Assembly: GCA_030141605.1 (NCBI GenBank)
Contig: JAQGDQ010000325.1
Coordinates: 224,798 to 268,783 of the forward strand
Direction of reading: 5' to 3'
DNA: 43,986 bases
Origin: Tubiluchus corallicola
Taxonomy: Eukaryota; Animalia; Priapulida
The position numbers and the translations under genes were made by a program. The notes beneath the pieces were generated by a model. That model saw only the letters and a program-made list of their open reading frames with translations, was not told the DNA's origin and did no database searches. Shown one piece after another: positions 24,641-38,836 of this stretch; position 1 is the stretch's first letter, and each line of letters begins with the position of its first letter.

Positions 24641-25483
24641 ATTCATTCTTTCTTATTTAACGAAAGACAATTAACACATTTGAGTATAAAATGCTAAGAT
24701 TTAATCTCCCTTTTAACAGACTGGCGATTTTATATTTCATTAGTGCAACGTAGATTGCTATATTCGCGAAAAGAATAATAACGCATGCATATATTTATTT
24801 TATATGTGTATGTTTTCAGATTTTGAAGTGGCTAGTAGAACTTTAGTAAAAGAAACTAACAGGTCTGACATTATGTTGACTAACATACTGTATTATGTGT
24901 ACGAAAATACAGCAAGTGTAACTTAATTTACACATGGTTATTCGGTGTAAAAGTACTTAGCTGGACGCGCGGAAAATACCGCGCGGTTTCAGTGCGAAAT
25001 GAACTTTATTGCTGCATGAAATTTCGAGAAAAAACGGAAATTGTCAGAATTTTTTTCACAGCAATTTCTTGCGTCCTCAGTGTGAAATGGGTCTTACTGG
25101 TGTTCTAGAAAAACTCAAACGAGGAAACTTAAAATGCTCTAAAAAATAATTTGTTGCAAGACTGCCGCTTCGTGCAGCAGCCGTCAGGAAAGTGTTACTT
25201 AATAAATCAAACAAGATGGCGGCGCATTTTGACTTTTTCTTTCTTCTGCCCTGGGCGAAACAACAAAAATGTCTGATTTATATTCTGCGCGGAACGTTAG
25301 CGTGGGGCTCAGAGTGCTATCAAATATCATTAAGTCTTCGGAAAGAAATTGACTTTTACAAATCAAGATCGTGGATTGGAGCTCAGATGAGAGAAGCACG
25401 CAGGCTGAACGGCTTGTAACTCTTGGAAAATTCTTAATTGAATCAACCGATTAGAGTACAACTGATTGTCTGCAACAGACAGC

Positions 25484-26530
25484 TTGCAGAAGTGTTGTTC
25501 AGCATATTGTTTGCAACACTTTCCAGTAATAGAAAAGCAGAACCTCACAAAGTTTCAAGCTTACAGAAGTATTGCACAATTTTCTGTCTACAACACTTTC
25601 CCGCAATAGAAAAGCAGAACCTCACAAAGTTTCAAGCTTACAGAAGTATTGCACAATTTTCTGTCTACAACACTTTCCCGCAATAGAAAAGCAGAAGCTC
25701 GCCAAGTTTCAAGCTTACAGAAGTATTGCACAATTTACTGCCTGCAACACTTTCCAGTAATAGAAAAGCAGAACCTCACAAAGTTTCAAGCTTACAGAAG
25801 TATTGCACAATTTTCTGTCTACAACACTTTCCCGCAATAGAAAAGCAGAAGCTCACCAAGTTTCAAGCTTACAGAAGTATTGCACAATTTACTGCCTGCA
25901 ACACTTTCCAGTAATAGAAAAGCAGAACCTCACAAAGTTTCAAGCTTACAGAAGTATTGCACAATTTACTGTCAGCAACACTTTCCAGTAACAGAGAAGC
26001 AGAACCACGCCTAGCTGCAAGCTTACAGAAGTATTGTTCAGCATATTGTTTGCAACACTTTCCATCAGAAGAAAGGCAGGACCACGCCTAGGTTCAAGCT
26101 TACAGAAGTATTGTTCAGCATATTGTTTGCAACACTTCCCAAGCAGAAGAAAAGCAGGACTACGCCTAGGTTCAAGCTTACAGAAGTATTGTTCAGCATA
26201 TTGTTTGCAACACTTCCCTGCAAAAGAAAAGCAGGACCACGCCTAGGTTCAAGCTTACAGAAGTATTGTTCAGCATATTGTTTGCAACACTTCCCTGCAG
26301 AAGAAAAGCAGGACCACGTCTAGGTTCAAGCTTACAGAAGTATTGTTCAGCATATTGTTTGCAACGCTTCCCTGCAAAAGAAAGGCAGGACCACGCCTAG
26401 GTTCAAGCTTGCAGAAATATTGTACAGCATATTGTTTGCAACACTTCCCAGCAGAAGAAAAGCAGGATCACGCCTAGGTTCAAGCTTACAGAAGTATTGT
26501 TCAGCATATTGTTTGCAACACTTCCCAGAG
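25484..26530. repeat. 77-bp satellite, ~13 copies, two sub-types
   Basis: CAAGCTTACAGAAGTATTG recurs every 77 bp (25557, 25634, 25711, ...). Confidence 0.95.
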
Positions 26531-27624
26531 GATAAAAATGCAAGCCCTGCCTCATTGCTATCCTCCTGGCCGTTGCAGAACGTTAAGGCTTGGCTATTAA
26601 GTTAAAACCAAATTTGTATGCATGGCGGCCATGATAAAAAAGCAGCAAGCCTCTATTTACTTAAAAACTGACATAGATTCTGCACGTCCTCAAAGCTAAA
26701 GTATAGAGCATTATTCGACGCCTACTTCATTTCGAGCTAATGTTGCTGAAATAACAGTAGCTTAAGCCACCATGGCTGCTGTTGCACTGTTTATCATTAT
26801 CACGGATTGGTGTTCATCTGCTCGAATTCTACTATAATTTTCTGCCTGATTCGGTGTTTTGTTGCAAGAATAATAGACGCCAATGTAGATTAATGTTTGT
26901 GACGAAGCAGCGAGGGCTCACTCTGCGTTAATGAATGTTTACTCAAAGTAGAGAAATATTCGCAGATTTTGATGTTTCTGCGATTGGCGATGTAGCTCCA
27001 CTGTTATCGTTAAAATTCTTGAAAAAAATTCACTAAGAGGAAAGAGCAAGTCATTCGGCATATTGGGTTTATTTTACCGTTATCACCTAAGCTTAGCAAA
27101 ATCTAACAAAAAATTTCCCAAAAAAGTATAGATATTTGCCTATAAGCATTATAAGTACCTATAAAGCATATATGTACCTTATAAGGGTACCTTATTAATA
27201 TGTACCTTATACACTTATATGTACCTATATTAATAGCCTTATATGTACATTCATTCACTCGAAAATTGTGAAGATCAGGAAGACTTTATGACTTTTCTTC
27301 TGTGCATTATGGCTTCCCATAAGCAAGCGCTGCTTATACTAATTCAAACTTCTGCAGCTTACCCAATGTTCATGCAAAAACATCAAAGAATTACCTTAGC
27401 AATTTTTTTTTATAAAAGCTTGTTATTCTTTTGACAAAAGTTGACATTAGGCTGCTCTTCTTTAGTCAGTGAATGACGTCATTGGTGGAAGAATGGGCGG
27501 TTAAAATGCGAGTGCCCAAGCTTGAAATGATCGCGAATTAAAAGTGATTTTCCTAAATACACGAGGCCGTTTGCACACTTTTATTATTAAATCCTCAAAC
27601 ATTGAATGCTTGACCTTACCTAAA

Positions 27625-28435
27625 CAGCAGTCAAACATATAGAACTAAATAAACAAGAAGCAGCAGTCAAACATATAGAACTAAATAAACAAGCAGCACC
27701 AGTCAAGCATATAGAACTAAATAAACAAGAAGCACCAGTCAAGCATATAGAACTAAATAAACAAGCAGCACCAGTCAAACAGATAGAACTAAATAAACAA
27801 GCAGCAGCAGTCAAATATATTGAACTAAATAAACGAGCAGCACTAGTCAAACATATAGGACTAAATAAACAAGCAGCAGCAGTCAAACATATAGAACTAA
27901 ATAAACAAGCAGCAGCAGTCAAACATATAGAACTAAATAAACAAGCAGCAGCAGTCAAACATATAGAACTAAACAAACAAGCAGCACCAGTCAAGCATAT
28001 AGAACTAAATAAACAAGCAGCAGCAGTCAAACATATAGGACTAAATAAACAAGCAGCAGCAGTCAAACATATAGAACTAAATAAACAAGCAGCAGCAGTC
28101 AAACATATAGGACTAGGACTAAATAAACAAGCAGCAGCAGTCAAACAGATAGAACTAAATAAACAAGCAGCAGCAGTCAAACATATAGAACTAAACAAAC
28201 AAGCAGCACCAGTCAAGCATATAGAACTAAATAAACAAGCAGCACCAGTCAAACATATGGAACTAAATAAACAATCAGCACCAGACAAACATATGGAACT
28301 AAATAAACAAGCAGCAGCAGTCAAACATATAGAACTAAACAAACAAGCAGCAGCAGTCAAGCTATAGAACTAAATAAACAATCAGCACCAGACAAACATA
28401 TGGAACTAAATAAACAATCAGCACCGTACAAACAT
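27625..28435. repeat. 36-bp minisatellite, ~22 copies
   Basis: Unit GCAGCAGCAGTCAAACATATAGAACTAAATAAACAA. Confidence 0.96.
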
Positions 28436-28849
28436 ATCGCAAACATGCTGCACACCCTTGTCGCTGAGAGGTCAAACAAAGTCTGTTAGTAATTATGATA
28501 GGGAAGGGAAACCCAGCTCGTGTTGTTTGTGATTGTTGACAAAGGCCCTGGCGAAGTAGAAATTATCAAATTATCAAAAATAGGTTCCAGGAGCAGCCAT
28601 TGTGTGTCTTCCATTATCGTCACGTGTAGGGTTTCCATGGTGGCTTTACACAAACAGCATAGAAGCCAATGAACTCTCATGCCTCTGATAGCTGCTTACA
28701 TGCAGTTAATGTTATCATTATTGTTGAGGTAACAATAGAAACAGAATCTCTTTTCCTGTATTTAAATACGGTACACTCGACAATTGTTTGAGGACTGTTT
28801 TTGTCTCAGAAGAATGTTGGGAGTATCCAAGTGGCCATTGGTCAAAACC

Positions 28850-29200
28850 TATGAAGTTAGAAGTGCCAGGTGTGGGTAATCAATGGATAGGTGACCTTTT
28901 GGGAAGGACGCTATTAGAGTAGTTCACTTGTTTGTGGCGGCTCCATAAATAACAGAATGAGACTAAAACCAACATGGCGTCTGTTAAATGACCAAGTTTC
29001 AGCTGGGCTGCTAACGATCAGTTTTCTTCCTTCACTACAATGGCTCTTTAAAATATGATGTCTACTTTGTGATTAGTTGATGTTTGTGTTCTTATAATAA
29101 TGGTAAATTTTAATGTCAACATATTTATTTTGTGCTGCTCTTATTGTATTCTTATTGCTGTGGTTTTGTCTTAAGTGTTATTATTTGATAAAAATAAATA
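28850..29200 (+). mobile_element. Possible old 5S-related SINE relic
   Basis: GAAGTTA...TGGATAGGTGACC (28853-28896) matches the 5S internal control region spacing; an unrelated body and an AT-rich AATAAA tail follow. Confidence 0.35.
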
Positions 29201-29394
29201 ACTACATTATCATTCCAGCAAAATTTCAGTTCAATTTAATTTGCATGAATGCAAATGAATTTGCCAGTATTAGATAATACGTCAATGTTAGCAAAAATTA
29301 GTATCTACTGTACTTTGGATTTGATTTATTTTTTTATTAATTAAAGTTTACATGCAGCTCCTCCCCCGACATACAACACTAAGACACTTCCCAG

Positions 29395-29545
29395 ATGGTG
29401 ATGTTGTTAGTAGTAGTTTTATATGATGCACTAAGTACAATGTACAACATTTTGGATATCATTGACGAAATTAAACAAAATAGTAAGGGACCCAGAACAC
29501 TGCCCTGTGGAACACCTTCAGCTTTACATCGTCTTGGTATGCCCG
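29395..29545 (-). mobile_element. CR1/L2-clade LINE reverse transcriptase fragment (pseudogenised)
   Basis: GVPQGSVLGPLLF motif followed by a frameshifted FINDI; interrupted by a (CA)n/(CACG)n tract at 29547-29640. Confidence 0.8.
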
Positions 29546-30820
29546 TACACGCACACACACACACGCGCACGCACGCACGCACGCACGCACACACGCGCGC
29601 GAACATGCACGCACACTCTTTCACACGCACGAACACACAGACACTTAAGCCTCTTTAATCAGCACAGCAATCTCATTGTAGACTATAAGTCATCCATCTT
29701 AAGAGATTTTAGATTTTGAACAAATAGCGAAAGTAAAATAAACCATCATCTGCGAGGTCTTATCGCGGCCAATACAAATGATGAGAGATGAAATCCCAGT
29801 GGAACGACGCACCGTCGTGTAGAAGCATTCGCTAATAAAGGAGAATCTTAATTCAGTTTGCTGCAGATTGTCTTGTTGGGACTCTGGGGGACCGCCTGTT
29901 CACCTCACAAAGCGTTTCAATCTGTTTGGCTTGTCAACAAGTTCAATCAGTTACCATGTTATAGTCGAGGAAACCACACCGCACAGAACTAAGGGTAAAG
30001 TCATTCAATATGCGTAGATGGAACACATAAATGTCTGGAAATCAAACCGATTACTCGGTGGATTTTTGCACTCGTCAATGGTCACCCATCCAGTTACTCA
30101 CATCATCGCTGTGTGACAGTATCGCTGTGTGCGTCTTGCTGTATTGCTGTGTTGTAAGGTATTTAGTGGTTTAGTTGGCGTTTTAGTGTACTTTGTGATG
30201 TGGCATAGCATCGCATGATATACTGTTGAATGTTATGACACGGTGTGATGTAGTATACTGTTGAATGATATGGCACGGTGCGGTGCAGCAATAGTGCAGT
30301 GTAGTGCAGGATGGCTGGTCTGGGTGCTTGTTTTCTTGTAAAATGAGAGGCACGCGTTACCCCCTCAACCTTCAACTTAATGAGCTAAGTCTTGGCTGCT
30401 AAAAAGTTTCACCAATTTACCGAAAGAGTAGGTATTAGAGTTGAAAAAGCAAAACTGATAAAGTTGAATTGTTCGTTGCATGAGTCAAAACTCTCCCATT
30501 TAAATCCAATTCTGTTGATAAAATCATAAGCCTTGTTTCGGCTGCTGTAATTTCTAAGTGACCCCTTTCTTGCATTTTATCATAGGAATTTCAGTTCTGC
30601 CAAGATAAGAGCTGCCATCTTGCCACTCCATCATTCTTTCTCTGACGTTTCTGCAATTTAAATGACAATCACATTCTCTTGTTGTGTTTTTTAAGTCAAA
30701 ATAGAAAAGTCCAGCAAAAACAGGAGATTTTAAGGAATAAGTCTCAGTTTAGCTATTAAAAATGGTGGACATACTTGTTTTCATTTTACAACGATGTTTT
30801 GGGCTAAAATTTACAATTAG

Positions 30821-31087
30821 CCACGCACAAGAAATTAGTTCTTTAAGTCGATCAGGATTAGGGTTAGGATTAGGATCAGGGTTAGGATTAGGATCAGGGT
30901 TAGAGTTAGGATTGGGTTTAGTGTTAAAAATAGGGTTAAGGTTGTGATAGGGTTATAGTTAGCCTTAGGATTAGAGTTAAGGTTAGCGTTTTGGTTAATG
31001 CTAGGATTAAGATAACGGTTAGCGTTCGGATTAGGATTAGGATTAGGGTTAGGATTAGGGTTGGGGTTTTTGAATTGTGTAGGGAAG
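30821..31087 (+). repeat. Interspersed element with a degenerate TTAGGG-like tract, copy 2
   Basis: CACGCACAAGAAATTAGTTCTTTAAG-[TTAGGG/TTAGGA]n-GGGTTTTTGAATTGTGTAGGGA. Confidence 0.8.
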
Positions 31088-31240
31088 TAAACTACTTCCG
31101 ATCTTTTTATTCCGTGTATAACGTATAGTTCTTAAAAGTAGTCGTTAACTAACGTGTCTCTTTTTTTCTTTTCTCTCTCTCTCTCACTTATTCTTGCGCT
31201 CCTCTCGCCTCCTCTCTCTTGCATTTCTCTTCCTCTGTTG

Positions 31241-31291
<51 letters not shown>

Positions 31292-31707
31292 TGTCTCTCC
31301 CTTTCTGCATCGATGCATCCCTCACTTCCTCTCATTTCCCTCTCCCAACTTTTTTTAGCCTCCTTCTATTTCTAGCCCCTCTTTCTACTTTCCCTTCCCT
31401 CTTTTCTGTGGCAGCCAGTCCCCTCCATTTTACTAAGCCTGCTGTTAAATTCCTGCAATGATTCAATCAGAATAATCTTAGCAAGAGCTAAATCGTCCAG
31501 CAATGCGCGTCATTTATCAGAATGAATCCGTGAAACTGGCTTCATTTCATCAGGTGTAAGCGCTGGAGCAACGCAGTGTGAGAAATGTACAATAGGGATT
31601 AACCAGCATTAAGCCTAGATTTAGTGGTGAGTCAAAAAGATATGGTATGTGGTATGCTGATTAATGTTTACAAAGGGGGTTACTGAAAGTACAAGCTAGT
31701 TTGCTTA

Positions 31708-32068
<361 letters not shown>

Positions 32069-32589
32069 CTTTCTCTATATTCCTCTCTTTTCTGGCCTTC
32101 TCTCCTCATTCAGTTCCAAATCATTGTACGAACTTACCAACAGCGAAACTACAGTTGACTTAATTCTACTGCACAAATTTATTCGTGCACGATTTGCGCC
32201 GCGAATCAATAGGAGAAACCTTCCTGATTCCAAATTAGAGCCCACCCGCAGGGGGAAATTGACGAAATCAACACAGGAAAGACTCTTGTAGCGGGCGACC
32301 ATTTAGCAAGATAAATACAGACATTACATAAACGTTTGGTTTCCGTCATTTAAACTGTTTGTTTGACCGAGATCTGGTCAGAGGTTGGCACACGGTCTAT
32401 GCTATAAAGTGAATTATTATTAGTCAACAACTTTAAAATTTTGACGCTCGCGATCAGGATCACAAGACAATCTCTAGAAACAGTCTCACTTAACAAAAGT
32501 GAAGAGAAACACTATACAAAAAGATTATACCTATGACTGTACATTCAATGTCGTTGCTGTCGACGATGACATTGGAAGAAAGCCTTTTT

Positions 32590-32720
32590 AACCGTAAACG
32601 ATGCCTTATGTAAATTCAGGAAATCGTTAACAAAAAGAAAGCAAAAGTAAGGGGTCCAGAATGCTGCCCTATGGAACACCTGAGATTAGTTTTGCATCAT
32701 CTCGGTATGCCCACTCCATA
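32590..32720 (-). mobile_element. Second CR1/L2 reverse transcriptase fragment
   Basis: Minus strand reads SGVP*GSILDPLLLL; shares CATC.TCT.GGTATGCCC with the 29.5-kb fragment. Confidence 0.7.
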
Positions 32721-33414
32721 AAACTCCCAGTTTAATCCATTACTGTCGACAAATTAGCTTGTCAAATATTCTAGAAAATTACTCTAATATCCAGCAGAAG
32801 ACACCTTGTCCTTTACGGCAACAGACCAATCATGTAAATACTGGAGTAGGCTGGGACTGCAAAGCATGTTTGTAAGGCCAGCAATGCTGCTGTCTACAGA
32901 GTACTCATCAAAGATCAGAGAAAAGGGGTTTGTTTTTGTTAATTCTTCAGGCCCGTAAGAATTTTTTCATGAAAAACAGCTCTTTCAAAGCCACAATTGC
33001 ATATAACTTTTGTAGACCCCTCACACAATGGATTTTCATGCAAAATTATACGTGAAATGGATTACTTACTTTAGACATATTAAAAATCGATATTTGAAGA
33101 AAAAAAATTGAAAAAACTTTCAGTAACTGCAGTGTTTGCGCCGTACAGTATCACTTGCGTGAAATCGGCTAAAATTTCAACAATCCAGACATAGCACTCT
33201 GATAAACTTTGGCCTCAAGTCTACTCTATTTTTCTAAGAAATTCCTAAGAAGAAGTTAAAACACGAAACGACTTTAATCTGTCCTTGGCTGAACAGGTGG
33301 CTTTTCCTGGAATAGCAGCAGAACAATACCCAGCCTTTAGACTGTAGTAAGCAGGCGATCAATAAATTAGTGTGTACGATCACGCAAGTGTACACCAGTC
33401 TAAACTACTCAATA

Positions 33415-33899
<485 letters not shown>

Positions 33900-34342
33900 A
33901 TTGTACTAGTATGCAAGCTTTTATTTTAAACTACATCAAATTACACGTTATTCTATGTAACGGTCACATATAGCAGTTAAAGTTTCCATGTCTTATTTAC
34001 AAGGAAAATGACAAGCGTGTCTCTCTTTTCTTCTCTCTTGGTTATTCTTTAGCAGCCATTAATAAGTCTCTTCCTAATTAAACAAAAGTCCAACATGTAA
34101 ACTGATTACGTTGCAAATTACACGCTCGTAAACATTCCAGTTAGGTAATTGATAAATCAAGTTTATGCTGATGTGTTGTATTCTACTTTATTCAATAATT
34201 TTTCAGAGAAGCTGATTCAATGAGGCGAGAAATTCGTGCAGAGAAATTCATTCTAAATGGTTGGATGATTTGAATAATTTACTGTTTTAACCCAAATAGG
34301 ACAAGTGTGTGTGTGTTAGTCAAAGCTGACAAAGCTGGTTAA

Positions 34343-34403
34343 AACAACAACAATAATGACAATGACCTCGACAACAACAACAAAGACGACGATGACGAGA
34401 GCG

Positions 34404-34461
<58 letters not shown>

Positions 34462-34850
34462 CGAAGCAACAGCAACTATAACAACAGTATCACCACTGCC
34501 GTCAGTAGTAGCAGCAACAATAACGACAACAACAACAGCAACAACGACAACAGCAACTGTAACAACTACAATAATAGTAACAACAACAAAGCAACAATAA
34601 CAACAACAGCAAAACATCAACAACTACAGCAACAGCAACAACAACAACAACAACAACATAAACAACAACAACTAAAACAACAACAAAGCAACAATAACAA
34701 CAACAGCAAAACATCAACAACTACAGCAACAGCAACAACGACAACAGCAACAGTAACAACTACAATAATAAAAACAACAACAAAGCAACAATAACAACAA
34801 CAGCAAAACATCAACAACTACAGCAACAACAACAACAACAGCAGGAACAA
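34343..34850. repeat. (CAA)n microsatellite with a ~97-bp higher-order repeat
   Basis: AAGCAACAATAACAACAACAGCAAAACATCAACAACTACAGC occurs three times. Confidence 0.93.
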
Positions 34851-34949
34851 AAACGTCGTCTTCTAAAACGTATTTCTGGGGGACATAGAGGGCCACATCC
34901 AGATGAAAATGAACTGAAACTAGAAGCTTCGCACCGTCCTTTCTACAGC

Positions 34950-36313
34950 AAATAAAACTAAAGCTTATAACAAAGAAATACAGACTCAAGAAATCAAACT
35001 ACAGCTTATAACAAAGAAATACAGACTCAAGAAACAAAACTAAAGCTTATAACAAAGAAATACAGACTCAAGAAATAAAACTAAAGCTTATAACAAGGAA
35101 ATACAGACTCAAGAAATAAAACTAAAGCTTATAACAAAGAAATACAGACTCAAGAAACAAAACTAAAGCTTATAACAAGGAAATACAGACTCAAGAAATA
35201 AAACTAAAGCTTATAACAAGGAAATACAGACTCAAGAAATAAAACTAAAGCTTATAACAAAGAAATACAGACTCAAGAAATAAAACTAAAGCTTATAACA
35301 AGGAAATACAGACCCAAGAAATAAAACTAAAGCTTATAACAAAGAAATACAGACTCAAGAAATAAAACTAAAGCTTACAACAAGGAAATACAGACTCAAG
35401 AAATAAAACTAAAGCTTATAACAAGGAAATACAGACTCAAGAAATAAAACTAAAGCTTATAACAAAGAAATACAGACTCAAGAAACAAAACTAAAGCTTA
35501 TAACAAGGAAATACAGACTCAAGAAATAAAACTACAGCTTATAACAAAGAAATACAGACTCAAGAAACAAAACTAAAACTTATAACAAAGAAATACAGAC
35601 TCAAGAAATAAAACTAAAGCTTATAACAAGGAAATACAGACTCAAGAAATAAAACTAAAGCTTATAACAAAGAAATACAGACTCAAGAAACAAAACTAAA
35701 GCTTATAACAAGGAAATACAGACTCAAGAAATAAAACTAAAGCTTATAACAAGGAAATACAGACTCAAGAAATAAAACTAAAGCTTATAACAGGGAAATA
35801 CAGACCCAAGAAATAAAACTAAAGCTTATAACAAAGAAATACAGACTCAAGAAGTAAAACTAAAGCTTACAACAAGGAAATACAGGCTCAAGAAATAAAA
35901 CTAAAGCTTATAACAAAGAAATACAGACTCAAGAAATAAAACTAAAGCTGATAACAAGGAAATACAGACCCAAGAAATAAAACTAAAGCTTATAACAAGG
36001 AAATACAGACCCAAGAAATAAAACTAAAGCTTATAACGAAGAAATACAGACTCAAGAAATAAAACTAAAGCTTATAACAAAGAAATACAGACTCATGAAA
36101 TAAAACTAAAGCTTACAACAAGGAAATACAGACTCAAGAAATAAAACTAAAGCTTATACAAAGAAATACAGACTCAACAAATAAAACTAAAACTCATAAC
36201 AAAGAAACACAGACTCAAGAAATAAAACTACAGCTTATAACAAAGAAATACAGACTCAAGAAATAAAACTACAGCTTATAACAAAGAAATACAGACTCAA
36301 GAAATAAAACTAA
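34950..36313. repeat. 41-bp satellite, ~33 copies
   Basis: Unit AAATAAAACTAAAGCTTATAACAA(A/G)GAAATACAGACTCAAG, highly homogeneous. Confidence 0.97.
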
Positions 36314-36609
36314 AAATACATTTCCTGAAAACTTGCATAACTGGATCATAACAGCGTCCATTTCCTCCCATCTTATTTCACCAAACAATCTTTGTTAGCC
36401 GATGTTTCGCGGTAATTCAGTTTTTCCTGTAATTTGTTGCGACGTGATGCGCAAATTTCTAAAATGCGCATTGACAACTCGGCTAGGCCTGCGGGGAATA
36501 GATGCTCAAATTACTCAAGCTTATTGCAAACAACAAATTTATTATTAACCAAAACTGGCCATTTTCGCCAGATACTTTTACTTTCATTAGCTGATAAGTT
36601 GTCTAGTTT

Positions 36610-36661
36610 GACGATGATGATGACAGTGACGGGAATGAAGAAGAAGATGATGATTATGATA

Positions 36662-36705
<44 letters not shown>

Positions 36706-36975
36706 ACGGATAATAACGATGATAATAATGTTATTGTTGCTTTGATAGTGAAGATAATGACAGTGATAATAATGATGGAGATGACGACGACGACGACGAC
36801 GTTGACGATGATGATGATTAAGGTGAAGGAAAGGAGAAAAAACACGAAGGAAACAAGAACAAAAAACATTGATGATGGTAATGGTGATGTTGGTGGTGGT
36901 GATGGTGCTGGCGGTGATAATGACGACAGTGATGATGATAAATTATATGATGGCGATGATGAGTACAACGACGAG
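36610..36975. repeat. (GAT)n-rich degenerate microsatellite
   Basis: Direct inspection. Confidence 0.9.
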
Positions 36976-37147
36976 CAGAAAAGCGAGATAAGATGATTGC
37001 AGTGACATTGGTGATGGCGACAACGTAATTCTGATCATGTGAAAATCAGTACAGCAAAGATAGCAAACTCAAAATTGTGGAGAAATATAATACTGAGTGT
37101 ATTTCTTCCAACCAAAAAAATAAACTCCAGAATTCCAGGCCTCTTAA

Positions 37148-38174
37148 GTGGCGTTTATGTAGCATTTGGAATGCGTAAAGTCACGTTTATATAGTATTCG
37201 GAACGCGTAAAGTCACGTTTATATAGTATTCGGAACGCGTAAAGTCACGTTTATATAGTATTCGGAATGTGCAAAGTGACGTTTATGTAGTATTCGGAAT
37301 GCGTAAAGTCACGTTTATATAGTATTCGGAATGCGTAAAGTGACGTTTATATAGTATTCGGAACGCGTAAAGTCACGTTTATATAGTATTCGGAATGCGT
37401 AAAGTCACGTTTATGTAGTATTCGGAATGCGTAAAGTCACGTTTATGTAGTATTCGGAATGTGCAAAGTGACGTTTATGTAGTATTCGGAATGTGCAAAG
37501 TGACGTTTATGTAGCATTCGGAATGCGTAAAGTCACGTTTATATAGTATTCGGAACGCGTAAAGTCACGTTTATGTAGTATTCGGAACGCGTAAAGTCAC
37601 GTTTATATAGTATTCGGAACGCGTAAGGTCACGTTTATGTAGTATTCGGAATGCATAAAGTGGCGTTTATGTAGTATTCGGAATGCGTAAAGTCACGTTT
37701 ATGTAGTATTCGGAATGCATAAAGTGGCGTTTATGTAGTATTCGGAACGCGTAAAGTCACGTTTATGTAGTATTCGGAATGTGTAAAGTGGCGTTTATGT
37801 AGTATTCGGAATGTGTAAAGTCACGTTTATGTAGTATTCGGAATGCGTAAAGTGGCGTCTATCTAATGCGTATGCGGTATGGGGGTGCAGAGTAGAAAAA
37901 ATCGCTTTGTACTGTTTTTAGTGCACCCGTTTATCTGACCTGCCCTATGCGTTATTTTTTCTACAACTATTTCGTATTGATTTTTTATTTAACGCAACGT
38001 ATAATGCATTAAATCCACCTGCGAATAGCTGCGAATAAAAAAATCAAAAGGAAATAACCGCAGAAAAAATAACGCGTAACGCAGGTCAGATAAACGGGCG
38101 CAATAAAAGCAATATAAACCGATTTAATCTATTGCGCACCCGCATACGCATTTCGGATGCTACATATTCGCCCC
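37148..38174. mobile_element. Palindromic MITE with its left terminus amplified into a 32-bp satellite (~22 copies, 37146-37858)
   Basis: Unit AAGTCACGTTTAT(A/G)TAGTATTCGGAA(C/T)GCGTA. The first unit matches the reverse complement of 38145-38174 at 24/30. Inner arms include a perfect 18-bp pair (37926-37943 / 38081-38098). TTAA on the left, TTCA on the right. Confidence 0.82.
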
Positions 38175-38467
38175 TTCACACTGATTCAAAATCAAACATT
38201 GTTAAGCCCTATTTAAAGTCTATCGAAGTAGTGAAACACGAAGACGTGACGTGAGAAATCCCGCGCGTTATCAGCGCCTCATCGCGACGGCTTTTAACGT
38301 ATTAAGTTGCAGAGAACGAACTTTTGAGCACTTGTTAATTCAAGGTTGAACTACTCTTAACTACAGCATAGCATGAGAGGAGATATTAGTTTACAAAACA
38401 CATCTTTTAGCATAGTGCACACTACCGTGTTCACAGGTTTGCTTTGCCAACCCATTATACACAAATA

Positions 38468-38836
38468 GATTAGACTAGGTTTAGATTAGATTAGGTTAGA
38501 TTAGATAGGATTAGATTAGATTAGATTAGATTGGATTGGATTGGATTGGATTGGGTTGGGTTGGATTGGATTGGGTTGGATTGGATTGGATTGGATTGGA
38601 TCGGATCGGATCGGATCGGATCGGATCGGATCGGTTCAGATCAGATCAGATCAGATCAGATCAGATCAGATCAGATCAGATCAGATCAGATCAGATCAGA
38701 TCAGATCAGATCAGATCAGATCAGATCAGATCAGATCAGATCAGATCAGATTAGATTAGATTCGACTCGACTCGACTCGACTCGACTCGACTCGACTCGA
38801 CTAGACTAGACTAGACTAGATTAGATTAGATTAGAT
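38468..38836. repeat. Compound pentanucleotide microsatellite
   Basis: Successive blocks of ATTAG, ATTGG, GTTGG, ATCGG, ATCAG, ACTCG, ACTAG and ATTAG. Confidence 0.96.

Noticed and set aside
27620-28360. 246-aa repetitive ORF and other long low-complexity ORFs (2378-3094, 18346-19197, 33370-33973)
   Set aside because: Translations of tandem repeats whose units lack stop codons; no domain or splice support.
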